Assembly: GCA_951406725.2 (NCBI GenBank)
Contig: OX597820.1
Location: 20,770,001-20,834,000 of the forward strand
Direction of reading: 5' to 3'
DNA from: Octopus vulgaris
Lineage: Eukaryota
DNA length: 64,000 bases
Below are positions 40,101 to 53,908 of this stretch, piece after piece; positions within the stretch are counted from its first letter, which is position 1, and each line of letters starts with the position of its first letter. The position numbers and the translations under genes were made by a program. The notes beneath the pieces were generated by a model. It worked only from the letters and a program-made list of their open reading frames with translations, was not told the DNA's origin and did not search any database.

Positions 40101-40753
40101 CAACGCAAATCGCTGTAGACAATAAAGTCCATAATGATAATAATTTACAGCGACACATTTATTTCGAAACCCAACTATAGTATTATTACAAATTAGTCCT
40201 CACCCAGAATATTCTGAAGCACGCCATCCCCCCAGGCATCAGTCTGGCGACGGGCCTGGTGTCATCCACCTCATCCCTTTTTTTAGAAAAATGCTATGGT
40301 TCGGTATGAGTGAGAATAGTCTGTTATTTCTTGCCGATGAAACGACAGCAAGAGGCTACCTCACTGGTTTGCTACATACGATATTGATTATGTTGTTAGT
40401 GGTGACAATGAGAATGATGAAGTGTCTACGAAATGTCGATAGCAAACAGTACTTCTGGTAAAAATAAACCAACAATGAATACAGGCCGCTTACATCGACA
40501 ATAAATAAAATCATTAACTGCAAGGTGGAGAAACATTTATAATATAGCACAGACCGTTTGTTTCCTCTTTGTTTAAGAATAAACGATCGCTTGTTATAAA
40601 TTGGACTTCGGTCAATATTATTTTTCCTCCACTCGTGTCAGTAACTTCCATGCTTTCTCAAACATTAATTACCTTTAAAACAAAATATCGCACACACATG
40701 CGCGCGCACAAACGTTCTTACTCAGCTGCATTGGCAGACGAAAATAAATAAAT

Positions 40754-41115
40754 AAACAAGAGCATTCAGAGAGCGCAAACCTCCGCCAAGGCAACACCAA
40801 CGTCCTCTCAACGATTAGCCGGAGACGATTTTTAAAATGAGAATATCTGAAATAAACTCGGCTGCTCTCACAAATGACAATACTAAAAATTAACCCGACT
40901 GCTCTCAAAAATAATCCAGGAAAAATAATCCAGAATCCTTGTCCGGTACCAGATTGATCCCAAAATCTAATCAGTTTGTGCCAGTCACGAAGCCAAACAG
41001 TTCTGAAAGTTTCATTCGAATCCATCCAGTGGTTCTTGAGATATCTTGTCCACGGACAAACAAACAAATACGACTGAAAACAATACTTCCGCCCTCGCTA
41101 AAGCAGAGGTAATAA
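40754..41115 (-). mobile_element. Helentron-type non-autonomous element
   Basis: Reverse complement of the termini at 29135 and 30004. Confidence 0.75.
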
Positions 41116-41129
41116 ATAAATAAATAAAT

Positions 41130-41640
<511 letters not shown>

Positions 41641-41652
41641 GGAGACTCATTG

Positions 41653-42087
41653 CTGGGCCGTCTTAGCGACATCATAAGCTCCCGGACAAACCAATGCGCA
41701 GAACCTTTAAGCCTCTCAGAAGAACTTTAAGGTGAATTACATAGGTTTCAAACAAGAGGATTCGCCTCGTGTAGTTTATAGGCAGTTCAGTGCTTCTTTA
41801 CAAGTAACACCGTCCTCCGTGGCTGACCGTCGGTCTTCTTCCCTCTCGGGATTGCTGCGTGTAACTGCGAGACTTAACTGAGAGTTTGATATTCACTTGA
41901 TAACACTAATAACACATAGCTCTAATTGGATGAGTGGTACAACAATAAAACGACGGATAATAAAGAACAGTTTTAAGATACAAACTGGTATCTAATGCAG
42001 TTATCACATATTGATCAAAACTAGGTCCCTAAACCCGTGAGAGCCCTAGGCAACTGCGCAGCATGCTTAAACCTTAAGACGGCACTG
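41653..42087. mobile_element. hAT-like MITE
   Basis: TIRs CTGGGCCGTCTTA / TAAGACGGCACTG; imperfect 8-bp flanks actcattg / cttcattg. Confidence 0.6.
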
Positions 42088-42169
42088 CTTCATTGTGGTT
42101 ACTTAAATGACTAGAAATGGCAAGCGAAATTCTTTGTTACAAAAGACAATGAACAATATCATTACATAT

Positions 42170-42557
42170 GGATGGAAGCACTCCGTCGGTTACGACGACG
42201 AGGGTTCCGGTTGATCCGATCAATGGAACAGCCTGCTCGTGAAATTAACGTGTAAGTGGCTGAGCACTCCACAGACACGTGTACCCTTAACGTAGTTCTC
42301 GGGGATATTCAGCGTGACACAGAGAGTGACAAGGCCGGCCCTTTGAAATACAGGTACAACAGAAACGGGAAGTAAGAGTGAGAGAAAGTTGTGGCGAAAG
42401 AGTACAGCAGGGATCACCACCACCTCTTGCCGGAGCCTCGTGGAGCTTTAGGTGTTTTCGCTCAATAAACACTCACAACGCCCGGTCTGGGAATCGAAAC
42501 CGCGATCCTACGACCGCGAGTCCGCTGCCCTAACCACAGGGCCATTGCGCCTCCGCC
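42170..42557 (-). mobile_element. tRNA-derived SINE (family C head, tail type 2)
   Basis: Same head as 28632-28998; 10-bp TSD CATTACATAT at 42160-42169 and 42558-42567. Confidence 0.9.
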
Positions 42558-42683
42558 CATTACATATACACAGAATTCGAGGAGTTATTTGAGGACATTT
42601 CGTTTTTAGTTCAGTATCATTTTGAATTATTTAGTGTGTCATTTTTTTTTTTTTTTTTTGTCAGATAGCCCTTTCAAGATATC

Positions 42684-43565
42684 ATGCTAGCTCAAGAAAT
42701 GAAAAGACATACAGTCATAGTGGCTATACATGCAAACCACAGTGATTTAGAAATTAGCCACTTTCTAAATGTTGCAAGATTATTTGTACACAAAGTTTGG
42801 TTGGAAATGGAGGCATGTGATGGTGATGTTCCACCTGTATCAAAGAGAAGAAAATATTCACAATGCTCAGACACTAAAAGGACACTGGAGTTTATACAAC
42901 ATGTTCAAAACATTGTCGCTGAAAACCCCAGAAGATCAATGAAGTCCATTGCTAAAGAACTTCGGGTCTCAAAGTGGACTATCAGAACTGTGGCACATCG
43001 TGACATTCGATACAAGCCCTATGTAATAAAGAAAGGCTAATTTGTGTCTGCAAAAACACGAGAAAACCGTCTCATCCGTCCAAAACGGTTTCTTAACAAA
43101 GCGAAAAATCCTCATGAACAAGGCATGCTTTGGTTTTTCTCTGATGAAAAAACTTTGACCAGAATCAAAAGAACAGGTGGTTATGTACAGATCCTTCTGA
43201 AGTACCCAGAGTGATGTACACGAAATTTCCAGCAACTGTGATCAGAAACGTCAGCACGCCGGGCGAAATGCTTAGCAGTGTTTCGTCTGCCGTTACGTTC
43301 TGAGTTCAAATTCAACCGAGGTCGACTTTGCCTTTCATCCTTTCGGGGTCGATTAAATAAGTATCAGTTACGCACTGGGGTCTATATAATCGACTTAATC
43401 CGTTTGTCTGTCCTTGTTTGTCCTTTCTGTGTGTAGCCCCTTGTGGGCAATAAAGAAATAGGTTTTAGGAGTGGTGAGTAGCGAAGGTCATGTGATGCTG
43501 CCCCACTTTTTCCACATGGTCTTAGAATTAATGCTGCTGGATACATTGATGTGCTCGAAACTGGT
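42684..43565 (+). pseudogene. Tc1/mariner-superfamily (maT-like) transposase remnant interrupted by a family A SINE at ~43245-43461
   Basis: HTH NPRRSMKSIAKELRVSKWTIR, WFFSDEK, then VLGVVSSEGHVM...INAAGYIDVLE after the SINE; contains stops. Confidence 0.8.
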
Positions 43566-45433
43566 TTAGTCAAATAAATCGGCCAAGATACTTTTTTTTT
43601 TGTTTTTTTCTTTTCTTAAGTCTGGGGCCTATTCTACCGGTATCTTTTGCTGAACTTCAAAGTAACTGGAACGTAAGCAAACAAACACCGGTTGTCAAGC
43701 GGTAGTTGTAGGAGACAAACACAAATACACACACACGAACACATCTATACACACATACACACAAACACACAAGCACACACGCGTGCACGCACATATACAT
43801 ACATAATATACACACACACATACATACATACATACATACATACATACATACATACATACATACATTCATACATACATACATACATTCATACATACATACA
43901 TACATACATACATACATACATACATACATACATACATACATACATGCATGCATGCATACACACGACGAGCTTCCACACATTTTCTATCTACCAAATCCAC
44001 TCACACAGCATTTGTTAGGACTCAAGGTACTGCGGACTCCAGGTGCAACGAACACAAGGTACCGCGGACTCAAGGTGCCGTGCAGTGGGAATGAACTCCA
44101 AACCACTTGTTTGCAAAGAGAGGTCATTAAACCCGCAGCCTTCCTTGCCTGCGCTTACGTTTGATGGGAAAATTTTGTTTGTTTTTTTTAAATTTGTGTT
44201 TCCTTTACATTTTAATTTCTAGCTCCAGCATGACCGCAGCCGTGTGACTGAAACGTTGAACAAAATAAAAGAAAGAAAAGAAATGGTCCAACTATTAGTT
44301 TGCGTTAAGTGTGATTACATGCTTGTCAAGTTTTATGAGTCTTTAATGAGTTCCTTATCCATTCTACACGATAGATGTAGTTTCATATAGCATTCTCTGC
44401 GTGTAGCTTGTGTCTGTTCCGTGGATGTTGTAATCTGCGTGGTGGGTGAGTTTGTTACGCTATTGTTTCTATAGCTTTGATCTGTCTAACCTATTTCGGA
44501 ATTCGTTATGAACCAACGTTTGTTCAACTTATTTTGATTTAATTATGCAAAGCAAATTTGTTTACTCTTTTACTCTTTTGCCTGTTTCAGTCATTTGACT
44601 GCGGCCATGATGGAGCACCGCCTTTATTCGAGCAAATCGACCCCAGGACTTATTCTTTGTAAGCCTAGTACTTATTCTATCGGTCTCTTATGCCGAACCG
44701 CTAAGCTACGGGGACGTAAACACACCAGCATCGGTTGTCAAGCGACGTTGGGGTGGGGGCAAACACTGACACACAAACATACACACACACACACACACAC
44801 ATAACCACTCACGCACGCACAAACACACACAGTAATGTCTTTTAAATATCAATACACGTAAATGTTTGCGTGTGTGTATATAGGTGCGTACATTTTTTAT
44901 TCCTTTATACGTTTCGGCCCTAAGACTGTAACCATGCTGGAGCACTGCAAGTGTATCTATATCTCTTGCTTTTACTTGTTTCCCGTCGTTAGTCTGCGGC
45001 CTTGCTGGAGCATCGTCTTGAAGGGTTTTAGTCGAACGAATCGACCAAACCGATAATTATATCGGTGACATTTCCCGAACCGCTATGTTATGGACGCGTA
45101 TGCACACCAACAACGGTTGTCATGCAGTAGTGGAAGAACAGACACAGAAACAGTGTCCCAAGCACGCACACACATACACACGCACACACATACACACGCA
45201 CACATATGCACACGCACACACATACACACACATACACGTGCGCATGCAAGTATGCACGCACACATAAATGTGTGTATCAGTATATGTACGGACGCGCGCA
45301 CACACACACACACACACGCACGCACACACTCAAATACGCACGCACGCATACATACACACACACACGCACGCACACATAAATGATTGTATCAGTATATGTA
45401 CGCACACACACACATAATATATATGTTTATATA

Positions 45434-46988
45434 TTAGGGTGGGCTAAATAGTTCATAGGCTGACTATGAAAGAGTGAAGCTAGAGTTGGGAAATCTTGCC
45501 TGCATTAATTTCATCTCTTCTCATTAACACCTGCATTGTTCTTTCCAGGTAAACTGATATCTGGCAGTTTAAAGAAGACTTCAAACGTAACTAGTAGCCA
45601 ATTCTCTTAAAAACAGACCAAATTTGGCATCTTGGTGTTATCGAGTACCTGCAGAAAAAATGTTTAACCGCCAAAGGACATTCATACTGGAGGATGGCGA
45701 TCTAGCTTTATCAACGATGCAGAAGTGGGCAGTTGGATTTAGGACGATTCAGCACACAAGACTTTACGGTGATCCCTCGTTTATCGCGCTAGATTGGTTC
45801 CGAGACCGGCCGCGATAACTGAATTTCCGCGAAGTAGAGACACCATATTTATAGTATTTATTTAACGTGTATTTGGACTTTTAAAACCCTCCATGTACTG
45901 TTAACAACCCACCCATTACAGTAGTCTATTAATAACAAGGCTTACAAAGAATATGTCCTGGGGTCGATTTGCTCGACTAAAAAAGGCAGTACTCCAGCAT
46001 GGCCTCAGTCTAGTGACTGAAATAATTAAAAGAATAAAAGAATACATACAAAAATACATACATACATACATACATACATACATACATACATACATACATA
46101 CATACATACATACATACATACATACATACATACGTAGGTGCAAATGTGGCTGTGTGATTAGAAGCTTGCTTTCCAACCACATGGTTCCGGTTTCAGTTCC
46201 ACTGTGTGGCACCTTGGGCAAGTGTCTTCTACTAAAGCCTTAGACTGACCAGAGCCTTGTGAGTGGATTTGGTAGCCGGAAACTGAGAGAAGCCCATCGC
46301 ATATATATATATATATATATATATATGTGCATATGTATATATATCTATGTGTGTCTGCGTTTGTGTCTATCACTGGAACTGTAAAAATCTGTAAAACTTT
46401 TCAGAAGTTTATCATTTAAGTATATATGAGTTTTTATTTAACGTGTATTTGGACTTTTAAAACCCTCCCTGCACTGTTAACAACCCACCCATTACAGTAG
46501 TCTATTAATAATAAGGACAATTGTTAAGCAATAACACTTTGGATTTAAAAAAATAAAGATTGTTACTGTACTCAACACGAAAGAAGTTGAAGTAAAGTTT
46601 GAATGATGATGGTGATGAATTTGCTGTGCAGTAGAAATGATGATGATGAAGCTGGCGGCGGTGCCCTTTCCTGGGACACCTCTTCAACTTCTTCCGAAGG
46701 TACAACCGTAGTAATAGCAGCAGGAACTGGCTCTTTTTTGAGAGGCTGCAAAACATTGTTATAGGAAGTTGCTGCCGCTGCTTCTTTTTCCGTTCAAAGA
46801 GCATCTTGTAGGGATTCAGGACTTCGTCGACCTTGTTGCAAAATTGCACAGAACGAACCATATCGTTGTCCCATTCCTGTGACCCCTCTTTCAATTCTTT
46901 AGCCAGGTTGCAGAGCTTGGCCAGCCGTTCCAAAGTCAAGACAGTTTGGTCAACTTCTTCCGTTTCTTGCTGCGTTTCTTCTTCTTCT

Positions 46989-47050
<62 letters not shown>

Positions 47051-47151
47051 TTCTTCTTCTTCTTCGCTGGCCAACTTCGTCAAGTCTTCGAGGTCTGTGT
47101 CGGTTAGCGGCTGGGAGTGGCAGTCTAATAACGCGTCGATGTCTCTAGTTG

Positions 47152-47220
<69 letters not shown>

Positions 47221-47532
47221 TCCGCGAAGTCGTGAATCCACGATAGTTGAACCGCGAAGTAGCGAAGGATCACTGTAGTTTCAATGGCTACTGTGCGTGA
47301 CTGTGGCTTTGAACTGGTTCATCACCCTCTGTAATTTCTTGATTTGGTCCCATCTGACGATCGGGTGTTCTCCAACATGAAAACACCAGGCTGGGAACCG
47401 AGCCCTGCAACACCGATGGAAGAAGTGTATGGACTGCAAGCGGTGGTGGTGGGGGGGACTACATTGAAAAATAAACCTCATTTGGTCACATTCCACAAGA
47501 GTATCTTTGTCAGCCTAGGAACTTTTCAGCTG
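45434..47532 (+). mobile_element. Decayed mariner element hosting a nested Tigger
   Basis: TIR core GCT.AA.AGTTC.TAGGCTGAC at both ends; LSTMQKWA (N-terminal) and FELVHHPL*FLDLVPSD (YSPDLAPSD-like). Confidence 0.75.
45767..47275 (-). mobile_element. Internally deleted Tigger/pogo element
   Basis: TA|CGGTGATCCCTCG ... CGAAGGATCACTG|TA. The C-terminal transposase fragment (acidic tract...KKKQRQQLPITMF) lies in ORF 46505-47083. Confidence 0.85.
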
Positions 47533-47814
47533 ACCCCCGCGTGTGTTTGTAACTTTGTATATAGTTTTAACTTTGCCACATGTATAATTATACCCCAGTT
47601 TTTCCAGTGCGGTTTATGCATGAGTAAATACGGTATATATAGGTATATTTTGTCTTCTATTCTTTTGTTTGTATAATGAAATACGCACAGACACTTATTG
47701 ACTTGAGGTTAAACAATAACTGTGAAATATTTACAGGTAACATTCTCTCCTGACTTTTCCGTTAAAACTGACCACCAGACACAAGCAATATTTATGTTGA
47801 GTATATAATTATGA

Positions 47815-50130
47815 TGTTGTGTCTGGGGAGAGTCATTTTCTTTTTGTGCTTTAGGATCTTTTCCTTTTGAATGCCAGATTTTCCTAGTCAACTAAACAAT
47901 TTGAAACTTCGTATACTGGTAGAATGTGTCAAAAGAAAACATAATTGTAAACCAAAATGAAAACGGAATTGTAATTTCTAAGTTTAACGTTGTTTAAAAA
48001 TTCGAATTTTAACCAATGATATTCTTTCTTTCGGCCTCATATTATTTACTGCTTCTCAAAATATTGTTACTGTGACGTAAACAGCTATTTTGTGACGTAG
48101 TTAACATAGCTAAAATGTAAACATCACCGTCCCATATAACAAAGTCCTAAACAGACAGAATAATAATAAAAATACGGTGGGCTTTCGAAATAGCTGTCGA
48201 GAATAAAATGAAATTTCGATGGTAAATTTTTGGAGGTGTTTCGGTAATTTTCGTCACTCTAAAATACATGTAATTCGCATTAAATCTTATTTTTCTGGAT
48301 GGTCAAACCTAGAATACCTTTCATCATAGGTAATTGCTTGGAGTTCACCTTGAGAGCTAAAACTATATATTTAGTTTCGATATAAAAAATAAAATTGCAC
48401 AAAATTTTGGCACAAGACCAACAATTTGGGAGGAGGGGTTAATCGATTACATTGACTGGTACTTAATTGATCATGGAAGGTAAAGTCGACGACGACGGTA
48501 ACGTGAGGAGTCGGAAGAAATGCCACAAGGTATTTTGTCCGACGCACGAACGATTCTGCCAGCTTGCCCCACCCCCTTCCTTAATAATATTTCTTTCCCC
48601 AGTAAGTACAAGGCCTGAAGCTGATGGGAAAAACTAGTTGATTGTATTCAACTGGTACTTATTCAATAAGCGCCGCCCGAAAGAAAGAAAGCTCAGCAAT
48701 ATTCGAACACGGAACGTAAAGATTCGTAAGAAATGACGCTAGGCATTTTATCCGATGCACTACCGATTCTGCCAGCTTTACATTATATTTTTCGCCGAAG
48801 TTTAACTATGTCACCTTGATGATATATTTTCACGCGTGGACAAATAATAGAGAGATAATGTGGATCAGATGATATTACATGCTGACAAGGGCTTGGTAAA
48901 GGACTGTTAGAATGTTTAGGGATACGGTCCTATACGTTCGGGTTTCAACCCTCACCGGAATTCAAAACAAGCCGTCTGTTCTTCCACGGTCGAGAAAATA
49001 CATCGATCAAGTATTGGAGATCGATATAAATGATTATACCCTCCACTCACCCCAAAATATATGCTTTGTGTCTATAATCAATATTACAAATATATTGTTA
49101 TTGCTATTTAACTCAGGTCATCTTGATAAACCCGGTTGAGGATCAAAGGGTTCCAACTATGACCAACCCGTATTTTTGCGCCCCCCCTTTTTTTATCAGA
49201 TATAGCATCTATGATTATATTAGCCAATGTACCCTTCCTTTAACCCAGTAGTATATGGTTTTAAGGGGATTTGGGTGTTATTCCTAGCACATCGACGAGC
49301 GAAAACGCAGAGGGGCCCTGATTATGTGCGAGTATGCGTATGGATGGGTACGTGTGTGTAAGTGGGTGCATACAAGCCAAATAACCGGTTCAAGGCGTGT
49401 GTCAAACTGAAGAATCAAAGCGTGTGCACAAGTTTATAGTAAATATATACATTGTATAGAGAAAACACCCGAAGCCTATACAAAAACACTGAATATGTGT
49501 TTATTATTCATCCGAAGTAAACAGTACGTGTGTAGGCACGTTTGTTGTGCACATATATATTTATTAAAGACGAAACGAATAATAATTTTATACAAAACGA
49601 ATAACTTTCAAATTCTATAAAGCAATGCAAGTCAAGCTTTCAAATCGAATTTAGCTGTTTACGTTAACTACGTCACAAATAATTGACGGGGCAAATAATT
49701 TCAACTCAATACAGAGAATACCATTGGTTAAAATTCGCAGATATAAACTACGTTTAAACTTATAAAATACATTTTTGTCAAAAAAACTAGTTGAAATTAT
49801 TGTTTTCTTTTGACACATTCTACCAGTATACGAAGTTTCAAATTATTTAGTTAACTAGAAAAATCTGAAAAATCTGGCTTTCAAAAAGAAAAGATCCGTG
49901 TTTTATAATGTAACACACTCACCAGTAAAATTTCCTCTTATTTCTTATTTTTATTTTCGTAAAATTTTCGTTGCATCTTGCAACCTTTTCAATAGTCAAG
50001 ATTATTGAAAAGGTTGCAAGACGCAACGAAAATTTTAGGGAAGTAAAAATAGGAAATAAGTGGAAATTGTACCGGTGAGTGTGTTACATAATAAGGCACA
50101 AAAAGAAAATGACTTTCCTCATACACAACA
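47815..50130. repeat. Long inverted repeat pair (47815-48115 / 49650-50130); the right copy contains a ~90-bp-arm hairpin at 49908-50089
   Basis: TTTGAAACTTCGTATACTGGTAGAATGTGTCAAAAGAAAAC and its reverse complement; TGTTGTGT...ACACAACA outer ends. Confidence 0.75.
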
Positions 50131-50244
50131 GAATAGGCTTCAACACACGAACTCATATAAAGAATCTTGCAAACCAAATCCAAAAACGAAATATAGTTAT
50201 GGATTCTCTTACGAATAATTTTCAACAAGCGTTCCATTACTTTC

Positions 50245-50257
50245 GTTTCCTAGCAAC
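50245..50257. promoter_or_regulatory. RFX X-box-like motif
   Basis: GTTTCCTAGCAAC in non-repeat sequence 1.3 kb upstream of the FAM221A ATG. Confidence 0.5.
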
Positions 50258-51516
50258 ACACGCGTATTTAACAGCAACTAATTATAAAATCTCTGCTCAT
50301 TTACTGGTCATCAGTTTTGCTAAGCTCTTTTTAAGCTTTTAATTCCCATGAATATATATGCCTTTCAAAAATGAGACTAACGAGCAAACATCTAAGAACT
50401 TATTTAAACTTTATAGCGGCATAAACAAGCTCAAGAATTGAACTTGCTGATATTTGCAAAATTTTCAACAGAAAAGCATAATTACCACGTTTTATAACTT
50501 CTTTGATGTGCAAAATTTTCTTCCGATCCGATTCTCTGTTGCAGGAAGATTATTGAGAGATTTATAGCGGAAAGCCACAACCGTTTATAATTTCAACTTC
50601 TAAACGACCTTTTCGGTAAAAGACTGATAAAAAAAAAAAAAACATTGACATATATTCTTTTTTTTCCTATTTCATCGCTAATAGATGTACAAGGAATGAA
50701 TCTGTTGAGGATAAATGAAGCACCAGGAATCGGAATAAATTTATGAACACTATTCATCGGACGTTGACCACCTGCTAAATTTTACGTTGGCTATTGCAAT
50801 AATAAAAACAAAAACCTTATATTTGAAAAGAAAAGGATTAAATCCATCTGTGAAAAGTAACTCGGTTTCACATCCAAGTTATTGCAATTTGATTTCATTT
50901 ACGCTGCCAACAAGAAATAAGTACCATATCATATTTCCTTTCTTCTAAATAAATCTTAATCTTAACCACATTTCTACGTTAACAGAGATTAAGATACATG
51001 GCAAATGTAGCTTTCAAATGAAGAAGTCGATAGAAATAAAAATCAAGCATTATTTTCTTTTGAAAAAAGACTTTGAAGCAACGCTTCTGAATGACGGTTT
51101 TTAAAACATACTTCTAAACAAGCAAACTTTTATTTTTGTGTAGCAAATATTGTTACTCTATTTTAGAATACTATAACAACGCTTTTCAAATAGTTTCTTG
51201 AAACAAGGCTTGAACCGCATAACAATAACTGTGTCACGCTATGCAAAACTAATCGATGTATGTCCATTGATTTTTTTAAAATCCAGTCGATAACTTGTAC
51301 CTTTGATCTGGAAACCCACGCAGAATATTATTTGAAGACTCTATCAACAAATTATTTACTATCAATGATACACTCGAATATAAAATTGCTGTCAGTAATT
51401 CAGTAACATACAACCAATAATACAGATTATATATTCATCACATAATAATAATAACTAAACCTAACGTAATGGAGATATCAATGAAAGCTTGTATCATCTG
51501 ACTTATCTCCCTTACT

Positions 51517-51547
51517 GTTTGTTTTAGCAACGAAGTTGCTATGACAG
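51517..51547. promoter_or_regulatory. Paired RFX X-box-like sites at the FAM221A start
   Basis: GTTTGTTTTAGCAAC-gaa-GTTGCTATGACAG, 24-54 bp before the ATG. Confidence 0.55.
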
Positions 51548-51570
51548 AATTTCCTACGCGTTATCTTGTC

Positions 51571-51644
51571 ATGGCGGAAGAAAGTATTATCACCGAAGAT
51601 CATTCAGCACAATCTCTTATAAGTGCTTACCTGGAATATCGCCG
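51571..51644 (+). CDS. FAM221A: FAM221A homolog, coding exon 1 (MAEESIITEDHSAQSLISAYLEYR-R)
   Basis: gtcATGG start context; YLEYRR motif; phase-2 donor CG|GTAATT at 51645. Confidence 0.85.
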
Positions 51645-52430
51645 GTAATTTATTTATTTCAATTTGAGTCTGTCTGTGCTTCTGTACTAAATTTCTTAGC
51701 AGTTTAGCTACGTTTGACCTAAAACATTACTTTTAGCGGTGTCGTTTTACTTGCCTTCAAGTTCTTGTTTACTTCTAATCGGTAACTCTTTCTACTGTTT
51801 ACATCTAACTCTGATCATCGTATTTACGGAGAAGTTTGGGAAAAGCCAGGAAAGAACTGGATCGTTGTTTCCTTTTTCTGAAAGAAATCTTTCGTCTAAA
51901 AAAAAAAAAGTCAATCTCTTTACATTTTACTTCCTCCGACTAAATCTTTACTATTACATCCCATCTCGTGAGACAGGTTGTAATAGTGAAGATGTACCAC
52001 GTTTTCATGTGTGAAAAATAGCCTCTCTTAATGACTAGCAGCAGCAGCAGTAGCAGCAGTAGCAGCAGCAGTAGCCGTTCAAGAATGTGGACCTGGAGAT
52101 CTCCATTTCCAGCGACTTCGAGGGCCACCTCCCAGTGGTGTCAGGCGTCAACGAAGAGCCCTCGACTACAACAAAATGATCAAAGTTTTTTTTTTCCCCC
52201 AAGGTCTGGGGTCTCCCGCCCCTAAGCCCTAGACCATCACTTAATCACCCTTGCCCGTCTTGTTGCTTAACATCAACAACAACAGCAGCAGCAGCAGTAT
52301 CAGTAGTAGTAGTAGTAGTAGTAGTAGTACCTTGACGAATATATCAGAAATTGATATACTTTCTGCTGTAAATGGTCAACGGAGAATCTTGCTTCTCGCA
52401 ATATAGAAACATTGGCACTACTTGAATACA

Positions 52431-52493
52431 GAGTTAGGGTTAGGATTAGGGTTAGTTTTAGGGTTAGGGTTAGGGTTAAGTTTAGGGTTAGTT
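52431..52493 (+). repeat. Degenerate interstitial (TTAGGG)n tract
   Basis: gagttagggttaggattagggttagttttagggttagggttagggtt... Confidence 0.85.
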
Positions 52494-52499
52494 TTTAAA

Positions 52500-52992
52500 G
52501 ACCTCTGTCTAAGTAGTACCGAAGCATTTCCTATGGCACCAGCAGACAAAATGGACAAGGCAGAGGATAATGAGGCGTGGGAGGGGGTTACTGAAACAGC
52601 CACTCTGAGTCAAGGGACTCGCGCTTGCAGACGGCAATCTCCACCCCGATAGCAATGGGCAAGGATCTGGGTCCAAGAACGACGGAGGTCTCAATTGCCA
52701 CAGGCTTGACCATAAACCTGTTGAATAGCGACCAGTACCTTGACAGATTGTTTTTTTCTAAGCCTCACGATCAGCAGAGCATAGGCTGGTGACTGACAAC
52801 ACCAAGTTGCCGCTTGAGAAGGTGTCACAGCCTGTGGTATCTCAGATAAGGGGCCTCCCGCCACGGAACGGGAAAATTGCCATACCGTCTGGCCTTCTAC
52901 CGTCTCCTCGGTCTAGTCTCTGCTGGCTCGAGGTGGGATAGGAAGCCTGCAGCGTCTAGAACATGCTTTATGATCTTTTTAAGAGCGGCATG
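52500..52992 (-). mobile_element. CRE-clade non-LTR retrotransposon 3' fragment (RLE domain), decayed
   Basis: Minus strand HAALKKIIKHVLDAAGFLSHLEP / LDRGDGRRPDGMAIFPFRGGRPLI*DTTGCDTF...PVAIET..LGP. Confidence 0.75.
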
Positions 52993-53285
52993 GTTGGAAG
53001 GCGGCCAGGAGCGAGAGAGAAATGAAGAGAAACGACATTTTGAGTTTGATATTTGGCGTAGAATCAAAACAGAGTTTACTTACGAGATGTTTATAGTTTT
53101 AGATTTAAGCGCGAATTTCATAGCGATATTTGTAGTTTGAAACCATACCGAACCGAGAAGTGCTCCCCACATCACCTTTATATACACACACATCAACGTA
53201 GTCAAGTAAGCAGTTATACTGTACATGATACTTGCAATTATGAGGATCAAAAAGCAAACAGTCCTAGACGTCACTTAGAATAGCC

Positions 53286-53356
<71 letters not shown>

Positions 53357-53418
53357 TTTATTTGTAGGTTAACAAATTTTGTTGAGCACTCATTCTCACT
53401 GTTCGATACTAGCACGCG

Positions 53419-53466
<48 letters not shown>

Positions 53467-53871
53467 CTTCTATCACACACTCTCTCGCTCTCTCTCATTG
53501 CGTCGCACCAGAAGAAGGCCCGCAGGTGACCACTTACAGCATCCCTTTCACAGCAATTGAAGAAGGGTTGGACGAGGGGTTAGTAGTAACCTCATAACAA
53601 ATTGGTAACCCTCTAAGGGCGGCCCAGCATGTATCAGTAATGCGTGCATACGTATGCATGCGTGCGTACATTTGTATGTGTGTGGGTAAGTATAGCAGGA
53701 GTAATAGAGTGACTCAAGATCCAAAAGTTTCGTGCGTTGGGACAACACACGAAACTCTCGTACTTTGAGTCACTCTTACTAATGCTATATATTAATAAAA
53801 AATATACATATACTCATTTTTTGAGTCTCTATTTTTCCTGTTTACACCAATATACCTGTGTGCGTGTGTGT

Positions 53872-53908
<37 letters not shown>

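Noticed and set aside
42485-42557. tRNA-like sequence, and the similar heads of families A-C
   Set aside because: SINE heads that continue into body and tail with a TSD; no closed acceptor stem.
53500-53625. TTGAAGA-agggtt...aaccct HHR-like fragment
   Set aside because: GAAA and stem III are missing.
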